From an uncultured bacterium (GTDB taxonomy: Bacteria; Zixibacteria; MSB-5A5; UBA10806): a stretch of DNA of 64,000 nt. A program made the position numbers and the translations under genes. Below the pieces are notes generated by a model. That model was not told the DNA's origin, ran no database searches, and was given only the letters and a program-made list of their open reading frames with translations. Position 1 is the stretch's first letter. The number at the start of each line of letters is the position of its first letter. Shown one piece after another: positions 57,169 to 64,000 of the stretch. The DNA lies in assembly GCA_965541585.1 (NCBI GenBank), contig CBEUCH010000005.1:96001-160000 (forward strand), given 5' to 3'.

Positions 57169-59256
57169 CTATTTTTCTTCTTCCTTCGCCTTCTTGGCGT
57201 CCTCGATCACCTTGGCGGCAATTTCACGGGGTACTTCCTCATAACAGGAGAATTCCCTGGTGTGGATACCCCTTCCCTGGGTTAAGGAACGCAGGGAGGT
57301 GGAGTATTTGTATAGCTCCGCCAGCGGCACCTGGGCCCTGATCTTCTGATTTTTGCCATCGGGGTCCATACCCATGATCTTGCCGCGACGAGCCGATATA
57401 TCTCCCATCACATCGCCCATATGATCTTCCGGCACAAGTACCTCGATAATATAAATCGGCTCCAGAAGGTATGGTCCAGCCTTTAAGAAACCGTCCTTGA
57501 AAGCCATGGAGGCGGCGATCTTGAAAGCCATATCGGATGAATCGACATTGTGGAACGAACCATCGTAGACCGTAACTTTGATATCGACAACGCGGCTGCC
57601 GGAAAGACCTCCGGAAAGCCTCGCTTCCTGGATGCCTTTTTCGACCGACGGTATATATTTGGTGGGGATTACCCCACCCGCGATGGCATTGACAAACTCG
57701 AAATCCGCGCCTTTCGGCATAGGCTCGAGTTTGAGCCAGCAGTCTCCGTATTGCCCACGCCCTCCGGTCTGCTTTTTGTATTTGCCCTGAACTTCGACCT
57801 TACTCTTGATGGTCTCCCTGTACGGAACCCGGGGCTTTTCCAATTCGACCTCAACCCCGAATTTTCGTTTCAATCGATCGACGATGACCTCCAGATGCAG
57901 TTCTCCCTGGCCGGAAATTATGGTCTGTCTGATTTCGCCGTCGACAACTACCTTAATCGAGGGATCCTCCTCCTTCAAACGTGCTAGTCCGCTGGCAATT
58001 TTCTCCTCATCGCCTTTGGCCTTGGACCGGATAGACATCCTGATAACTGCTCCGGGCACCTCCGCCCGTTCGTACTGGATCGGGGTTTTCTTATCGCAGA
58101 GAGTATGACCGGTATGCGTCGATTTCAATTTCACCAGGGCGCCGATATCACCCGCGGTTAGCGTTCCAATTTCTTTCCGCTCCTTACCGTTCATCAGGAA
58201 AATCTGGCCGATCCGCTCGCCCGAACTGCTGATGACATTATGTAAGTCGTCTCCGCTAGATACCTTGCCGGAAAACACTTTAAAGAAGGAAAGCTCACCC
58301 ACGTGCGGTTCCGATATGGTTTTGAAAATGTACAACGAGGTCGGAGCGTCATGGGCAATTTTTCTCCGGACTATATCCTCCGTTCCCGGCTTAAAGCCGA
58401 TCTTCTCGCCGGCATAATCAGGAGAGGGCAGATAGTCAGCAGCGAAATCCAGAAACAGGGATATGCCCGAGATCTCGGTAGCCGCCCCGGCGAATATGGG
58501 GAAGATTTTAGCTTCGGCAATTCCTTTTGCCAGCCCTTGTTTGAGTTCGTCACCGGTCAATTCACCGGCATCGAAAAACTTCTCCAGAAGAGCATCGTCC
58601 GCCTCGGCAGCAGCCTCCACCAGTTTCTCGCGGTAAGATTCAGCCTCCGATTTATGATCTTCCGGTATGGGAGCCTCTGTGGCTTTTCCGGATTTATCAA
58701 ACGTAAACGCTTTTTGGCCTATGATATCGATTACACCTTTGTATGAAGTCCCTCCACCCCAGGACATGATTACCGGCACTGCTCGATCTCCATAATTCGA
58801 TTGAATCTGCCCTACCGTTTTGCCAAAATCGGCATGCTCTTTATCCATCCTGTTTACGAAAAAACCGCAGGGAAGGGAGCCCTTCGAGGCTGCGCGCCAG
58901 GCTATATCGGTTCCAACCTCGGGGCCTGCCACGCCGTTGACCACAATCAGTGCAAAATCCGAGGCGCTCAGACCGGAATACAACTCCCCGCAGAAATCAG
59001 CGTAACCGGGTATATCGATTAAGTTTATCTTGCAGCCTTTCCAATCCAGATTCGAGAGAGCCAGCCCGATGGAGATCTTTCTGGAGATCTCATCCTCCGT
59101 ATAATCCGAAATCGTAGAGCCGTCGTCTATAGTGCCCATGCGAGTCGTTACTTTGGCGCAAAAGAGCATGGCCTCGTTGAGGGAGGTTTTCCCGATGCTC
59201 CCATGTCCCGTCAGTCCGATATTCCTCAATTTATCTATCGAATATTCCTTCATCAT
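57169..59256 (-). CDS. fusA: Elongation factor G paralog (EF-G2-like)
   Basis: EF-G domains (GQGELHL, KKQTGGRGQYG, VDSS); variant G motifs GHGSIGKT and NRMD; not in the str operon. Confidence 0.9.
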   Translation of the reverse strand: MMKEYSIDKLRNIGLTGHGSIGKTSLNEAMLFCAKVTTRMGTIDDGSTISDYTEDEISRKISIGLALSNLDWKGCKINLIDIPGYADFCGELYSGLSASDFALIVVNGVAGPEVGTDIAWRAASKGSLPCGFFVNRMDKEHADFGKTVGQIQSNYGDRAVPVIMSWGGGTSYKGVIDIIGQKAFTFDKSGKATEAPIPEDHKSEAESYREKLVEAAAEADDALLEKFFDAGELTGDELKQGLAKGIAEAKIFPIFAGAATEISGISLFLDFAADYLPSPDYAGEKIGFKPGTEDIVRRKIAHDAPTSLYIFKTISEPHVGELSFFKVFSGKVSSGDDLHNVISSSGERIGQIFLMNGKERKEIGTLTAGDIGALVKLKSTHTGHTLCDKKTPIQYERAEVPGAVIRMSIRSKAKGDEEKIASGLARLKEEDPSIKVVVDGEIRQTIISGQGELHLEVIVDRLKRKFGVEVELEKPRVPYRETIKSKVEVQGKYKKQTGGRGQYGDCWLKLEPMPKGADFEFVNAIAGGVIPTKYIPSVEKGIQEARLSGGLSGSRVVDIKVTVYDGSFHNVDSSDMAFKIAASMAFKDGFLKAGPYLLEPIYIIEVLVPEDHMGDVMGDISARRGKIMGMDPDGKNQKIRAQVPLAELYKYSTSLRSLTQGRGIHTREFSCYEEVPREIAAKVIEDAKKAKEEEK

Positions 59257-59408
59257 GCCTCCGTCATATTATTCAGACAAGCGCACAAAATAAAGGGCGG
59301 AGTGCCTGATGTCAATATCAAATCGGATGTCCTAATATAACGTTCAGATCCCGGGGGAATCAAGCTGCAGCCACACCGGAATAATTCGTGGCGGCTTATC
59401 CGGCATAT

Positions 59409-59744
59409 TCATCCCGGCGGCCAGGTAAACCATCGCCCGCCCAATACATGAACATGAAGATGATCGACAGACTGGCCGGCATGCCGACGGCAGTTGACCA
59501 CCGTTCGAAATCCATCTTTCCCCAGACCCTTGCTTTCCGCTATCCGGGCCGCCGTATATAAGAGCTTCCCGAGTATGCTCTCGTCGCCGTCGAGCACCGT
59601 TTCTATATGTTTTTTGGGAATTACCAGAAAATGCACCGGCGCCTGAGGACTGATATCCTCAAATGCCATACAATTCTCGTCCTCGTGCAGAACTCGGGCG
59701 CTGAGTTCGCCGCCGGCGATTTTGCAGAAAATACAATCGCTCAT
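59409..59744 (-). CDS. hinT: HIT-family nucleotide-binding protein
   Basis: CIFCKI and HLHVHVLGGR...WPPG. Confidence 0.93.
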   Translation of the reverse strand: MSDCIFCKIAGGELSARVLHEDENCMAFEDISPQAPVHFLVIPKKHIETVLDGDESILGKLLYTAARIAESKGLGKDGFRTVVNCRRHAGQSVDHLHVHVLGGRWFTWPPG

Positions 59745-60451
59745 AGATCCCCGAGATGGTTGAGAACCAGAGTGGGGAATAAGACGCCGGCCGTCTCCGC
59801 GCGCAAACGGCGAGGCCCAAGCCTTACCGGCGAGAATCCAGCATCGATCACCGAAGATACCTCATCATCCGTAAAACCGCTTTCCGGTCCAACCAATAGC
59901 AACAATCTTTTAAGATCGTGAGATTTTCTAACCGCCTGTTCCATGGTTTTGGAAGATCTGTTCGAAATCGCTATAAGCGAGAGATCGAAATCGCCTTTAA
60001 TACCCAGGGTTTCGGCGAATGTTTTGAATTGCATAACCGACGGTATTACCGATCTTTTCGATTGCTTGGCGGCGGCCCTGACGATTTTTTTGAGGCGCGA
60101 GATTCTCCTCACAGACGATGAATCCCCCTTCATCTTTAAGTAGCTCTTTTCAGAATAATAGAATATGAACGATGCCACCCCGATTTCGGTGCCTTTCTCG
60201 ACTATGAAATCCATCCTGGACGGGCGGCAGATCCCCATGGCCAGAGTGATATTGTGAAACGGTTCGTTTTCCAGGCGAGTCACGTTCGAGATCAAACCCT
60301 TGACAGTGGAGCCGGAAACGGATTCGATAACAACTCGATATTTCAACCCGCTGCCGTCGATTGCATAAAACGAATCCCCGATCTTGGCACGCAATACCTT
60401 TTTCAAATGGTGGGCCTCGGTGCCGGCTAATACCAGCCGCTCATCGTTCAC
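59741..60451 (-). CDS. rsmE: 16S rRNA m3U1498 methyltransferase
   Basis: HLKKVLR, EKGTEIG, VGPESG, LG.R.LRAETA. True start may lie upstream. Confidence 0.93.
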   Translation of the reverse strand: MNDERLVLAGTEAHHLKKVLRAKIGDSFYAIDGSGLKYRVVIESVSGSTVKGLISNVTRLENEPFHNITLAMGICRPSRMDFIVEKGTEIGVASFIFYYSEKSYLKMKGDSSSVRRISRLKKIVRAAAKQSKRSVIPSVMQFKTFAETLGIKGDFDLSLIAISNRSSKTMEQAVRKSHDLKRLLLLVGPESGFTDDEVSSVIDAGFSPVRLGPRRLRAETAGVLFPTLVLNHLGDL

Positions 60452-60611
60452 CCGGGCGGGATCGATTATGAAGTTCGTAGCTGTAATTTCGATTTCGGCA
60501 CCTCTCAGTTGAGAGTATTCGAGCAGGAAATCTATTCCAGTCGGTTTTGAATCTTATGAAAATTCATACTATCAGTCAACGTAAACTTTATTTAAATCGG
60601 TTGTATCGACC

Positions 60612-61769
60612 TCAAACGCCGAGCGTAGCGCGCAGTTTCTCAAAGAACGATCTGTCCGCCGGAGGGGGTTTCTCGCCTCGCGAGTCGGCCAGCTTTATGA
60701 AGAGAGCTTTTTCCTCATCCGAGAGTTTGGTCGGCGTCCAGATTACGACCCTGATCAGCTGGTGGCCCCTCCCGTAACCGTTCAGGTGCGGAATACCCTT
60801 GTTGCGAAGCATGAATATCTTCCCGGATTGTGTACCCGCCGGGATTTTCAAATTTGCCTTGCTGCCCAGCGCCGGAACCTCGATCTCCGCCCCCAGGGTG
60901 GCCTGTGAAAACGATAACGGCGTCTCACAGATGATATCGTCTCCTCTCCTGGTGAAATGCTCGTGCTCTACCTCATCGATTATCACCAATACGTCACCGG
61001 GCGGGCCGCCACGCGGTCCATAATTTCCAGAACCGCTGACAGATATATAGTTCCCAGCCGACACTCCAGCCGGGATCTTGACCTTAATGGAAGTTCGTCC
61101 GTCTACAAGGCCGTTGCCGGCACAGCGGCTGCACACTTTTTCAATGATCCGACCCTCTCCGGCGCAATGCTGGCAGGTCTGGATATTTACAAATTGCCCG
61201 AAAAGCGATCTTGACACTTTCCTGATCTGCCCGTTTCCGCCGCATGTGGGGCATGTCTTTCTCGATGATCCGGCCTCGGCGCCTGTACCAGAACAACTCT
61301 CACAAGCGACCAGACGCTTGATTTTTAAAGTTTTCTCAACACCTGCGGCGATCTCCTCCAGCGTCATACTCAGCTTGACCTGCAAATCCTGGCCTCGCTG
61401 AGGGCGGGCATCCCCGCCGGAGCGAGAACCGCCAAAGCCAAATACATCATCGAAACCGAAGCCCCCGAAATCTCTCATGAAGGCTCGCAGGGCATCGCCG
61501 AGATCGAAGCCCTCGAAGCCCCCGAAGCCTCCTGCCCCCGCTCCTCTCAGCCCGGCATGACCATACTGATCATATAGCTGACGTTTCTGAACGTCTTTCA
61601 GGACTTCATAAGCCTCGGTGGCTTCCTTAAATGACTCCTCCGCTGACTTATTGCCGGGATTTTTGTCGGGATGATATTTTACGGCCAGCTTGCGATACGC
61701 TTTTTTAATTTCGTCCTCGCCGGCGTCCCGCCGTAAGCCCAGGATTGTGTAGTAGTCTCTTTTTGCCAT
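60612..61769 (-). CDS. dnaJ: Chaperone DnaJ
   Basis: J-domain HPD, G/F region, four CxxCxGxG repeats. Confidence 0.98.
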   Translation of the reverse strand: MAKRDYYTILGLRRDAGEDEIKKAYRKLAVKYHPDKNPGNKSAEESFKEATEAYEVLKDVQKRQLYDQYGHAGLRGAGAGGFGGFEGFDLGDALRAFMRDFGGFGFDDVFGFGGSRSGGDARPQRGQDLQVKLSMTLEEIAAGVEKTLKIKRLVACESCSGTGAEAGSSRKTCPTCGGNGQIRKVSRSLFGQFVNIQTCQHCAGEGRIIEKVCSRCAGNGLVDGRTSIKVKIPAGVSAGNYISVSGSGNYGPRGGPPGDVLVIIDEVEHEHFTRRGDDIICETPLSFSQATLGAEIEVPALGSKANLKIPAGTQSGKIFMLRNKGIPHLNGYGRGHQLIRVVIWTPTKLSDEEKALFIKLADSRGEKPPPADRSFFEKLRATLGV

Positions 61770-62056
61770 TTTTCAGTAATTTGAAAAAATTATCTATTCC
61801 CGAAAACCTTTTAATATATCCTTGACCATCAGTCAAGTCAACATACGCTCTACGAAAAGTTTCGCCAACAGCCGAAACCGCCAACTCCAGATCCTTAAAA
61901 CTATAATCCCTTGATAAAAAGTAGGTTCTACAAATTAATCCGAAATTATGGGGAGGCTCCCGGAAAGGGGGTGGTAAGTCACCATACTTTCAGGGTACCG
62001 CTAAGAGTCTATTCTTAGAGATGCAATTATCCTGGTGGTCATTTTTACGAACGAAA

Positions 62057-62089
62057 GGTAGGTCAAAACCACAAGGGTCTCGACCTACC
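62057..62089 (-). terminator. Terminator hairpin with REP-like GTAG ends
   Basis: GGTAGGTCGAGACC-CTTGT-GGTTTTGACCTACC (14 bp including 2 G-U on the minus strand) followed by TTT. Confidence 0.6.
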
Positions 62090-62131
62090 CGGATAATCCT
62101 GAGCGGCGAGTGTCCTCAATCTCTCAGGAAT

Positions 62132-62509
62132 CTACCTTCTCTTAAGGTTAATCACGTCGGATATTGCTCCCAGCCGATCCATATCGACATTCCTGATTCT
62201 ACCCATCCTATTCTTGAGGTCCCTTACGACCCGGCTCGAGAACTTTCTCCACTTCGCCTCGGACATCAAATAGATTCTACCTCCATAGTGCAAATGAGGT
62301 ACGGGTATTCCCGGAAAATGTCGCGGCCATCTGATCGGTCTTTTGTCTACAAGAACGCTCAATTTGACGGACTTAAGTCTTTCAGTACGGATGAACGTTC
62401 TTGTAATGGCGGTAAATTCTCTCCACATCAATCGCTTACCGCCAGCAGTCCCATCGAACAAGTACCGTCCGTCTATAACTACTACGCCCATTTGTTCGTT
62501 CTCCTTCAT
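62132..62509 (-). CDS. Basic hypothetical protein downstream of radical SAM gene
   Basis: 125-aa ORF co-oriented with the rSAM gene; distinctive WPRHFPGIPVPHLHY segment. Start uncertain. Confidence 0.65.
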   Translation of the reverse strand: MKENEQMGVVVIDGRYLFDGTAGGKRLMWREFTAITRTFIRTERLKSVKLSVLVDKRPIRWPRHFPGIPVPHLHYGGRIYLMSEAKWRKFSSRVVRDLKNRMGRIRNVDMDRLGAISDVINLKRR

Positions 62510-62578
62510 TTTCTGAATGTTGATATCATATTCGAATCCCCAAGCTATGGTCTGTAATACCTATCACCCCCTCTCTTG

Positions 62579-63694
62579 CTATTTAAATAGCGTTTTTACG
62601 TGCGGTCTTCCTGCAAGATGTTCTACGAAATGGTTTCCCGGTTCTTTTTCAAGTTTTTGAAATACATCGTAGGCAGTCTTTACGGCCGCTCTTTCCGAGG
62701 CGCAGAGAAATGTACCTACCCGATTATAATAGCCCGATGAAAAGTAATTAGAGCAACCACACCAGTTCATACAATAGTCCTTAATGCCGCATTCGAGACA
62801 TTCAACGTTAAATTCGCCGCCCGACTTGGAATGGCACTTACTGAGGTTTACGTCTGTGCCCACAGCTATATTTCCTAAGCAATGTGGGGAGCCATTATCG
62901 TCGCCGATAAGCCTCTCACACCCATAAATATTGCCCGTGGGAGCGAAAGCTAATTCACCGGTACCCATTCGGCAACGTTCGGATGCCTGATATCCTCCAC
63001 GAAGAAAGACCGTAATTTTATTATCAATTATATTGATAAAATAAGGGTCGCCCTGCAGATGACTGGCGATATATTTTTCCGCGATACAAGCATATTCCCG
63101 TTCCAGAATTTCGATATCCTCTGCCGACCAAACGGCAGAGAAATCCGGACTTAAAAATAGCCTTCTAAGACCAAGTGAACGAAAGTAGTCCACCGTTCTC
63201 GCCAACAAGGAAAGCGTATCCGGCGTATAAACGGCATTGACCATAACCGTGGGGAATATATTCACGGCCTTCCTGATTGTATCTTCTACTATAGCCGATG
63301 TTTTTCCACCGTTGCGGAAACGTCTGAAACGATCCTGCGCCGAAGGAGGACCATCGCAACTTATACAAAAATCTATACCCTCGGCATCTATAAACTCTGC
63401 TATCTCTTCGCTGAATACGGTTCCGTTTGTAACTACAGAGAGAACCACTCGTTCGGCATCATAGTGACGATGAGATTTTATCATAGATGTGATTGAGCGG
63501 ATCAATTCGAATTCCAGCAAAGGCTCTCCCCCGAAAAACCCGATGTCCAGCATTTCCTGAGGGGGAGTTCTTGTGAAAATAAAATCGATAATCTTCTCGG
63601 CGACATCAAGAGACATCGAAATGTTTTTTTTGCCTATATAGCAATAACCGCATTTAAGGTTACATTTTTGAGTTATACAAAAGATGTATTTCAC
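62579..63694 (-). CDS. Radical SAM/SPASM-domain maturase
   Basis: CNLKCGYC, FFGGEPLL, TNG; SPASM Cys set C...GNIYGC...CLECGIKDYCMNWCGC...C; GGAGG SD. Confidence 0.92.
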   Translation of the reverse strand: MKYIFCITQKCNLKCGYCYIGKKNISMSLDVAEKIIDFIFTRTPPQEMLDIGFFGGEPLLEFELIRSITSMIKSHRHYDAERVVLSVVTNGTVFSEEIAEFIDAEGIDFCISCDGPPSAQDRFRRFRNGGKTSAIVEDTIRKAVNIFPTVMVNAVYTPDTLSLLARTVDYFRSLGLRRLFLSPDFSAVWSAEDIEILEREYACIAEKYIASHLQGDPYFINIIDNKITVFLRGGYQASERCRMGTGELAFAPTGNIYGCERLIGDDNGSPHCLGNIAVGTDVNLSKCHSKSGGEFNVECLECGIKDYCMNWCGCSNYFSSGYYNRVGTFLCASERAAVKTAYDVFQKLEKEPGNHFVEHLAGRPHVKTLFK

Positions 63695-63958
63695 CGCTGA
63701 GCCTCCGATTATTCGCTTGTGTGATTATTTTTGCCTTTACATTTTTGGATTGCTTCCTCCTTGCCATCAGGTCGATCATGAAACCGACTCTTAGCGGAAA
63801 TAAAACGCGCAGTAAGATTCTAAATTGCTATTCCAGGAGAGTGATTTAACCCGGTGTTTCAGGCCGATCTGGAATGCAAAACCTCCTTACGCATAACAGT
63901 AAGGTACTATGACCGGGAATTGATGAATCTCTATAATGCTATACTCAACCCAGATCTA

Positions 63959-63987
63959 TTAATAGTTTATGGCGTTATGATTGTCAA
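63959..63987 (-). promoter_or_regulatory. Sigma70-type promoter upstream of the rSAM unit
   Basis: TTGACA-17 bp-TATTAA. Confidence 0.55.
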
Positions 63988-64000
63988 GCGTTTTTAGTAA

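Noticed and set aside
63660..63779. Short minus-strand ORF (MIDLMARRKQSK...) as a RiPP precursor
   Set aside because: It overlaps the rSAM start, has no clear SD, and shows no recognisable core motif.
1..64000. CRISPR arrays, tRNA, rRNA, transposases, and the many short antisense ORFs in the track
   Set aside because: No regularly spaced repeats, cloverleafs or transposase motifs were seen by eye. The antisense and overlapping ORFs are shadows of well-supported genes.

Overview
Bacterial chromosomal window of moderate GC, mostly coding on the minus strand. Four secreted proteins end in the 'QNYPNPFN' FlgD/T9SS-like sorting domain, which suggests an FCB-group lineage such as Zixibacteria, KSB1 or Calditrichota (inference). 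The right half is mostly housekeeping (xerD, mpg, uvrC, cysS, ddl, ispDF, queA, ruvABC, yebC, an orphan EF-G, rsmE, dnaJ). The left half holds secreted peptidases, outer-membrane barrels, a eukaryote-type citrate synthase, a three-gene multi-GAF kinase operon, an OPT transporter with an amidohydrolase pair, and an ECF/anti-sigma unit. The strongest new signal is at 30.1-31.7 kb. A MerR/CadR-type operator-promoter sits upstream of a 61-nt merR vestige, a 6-Cys thioredoxin-like protein, and an outer-membrane beta-barrel gene that the ORF track truncates. That frame extends to a signal peptide through two in-frame TGA codons in a U-x-x-U arrangement, followed 11 nt later by a fdhF-like SECIS hairpin. 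This points to a candidate metal-inducible, double-selenocysteine outer-membrane protein. Other unannotated elements: an ArsR mini-regulon with two tiny Cys-rich ORFs and twin operators; a sigma-54 promoter driving a three-way-junction RNA leader and a 36-aa membrane ORF; several apparently leaderless genes; and a radical SAM/SPASM gene paired with an unknown small protein. All calls come from reading the sequence by eye; no searches were run.
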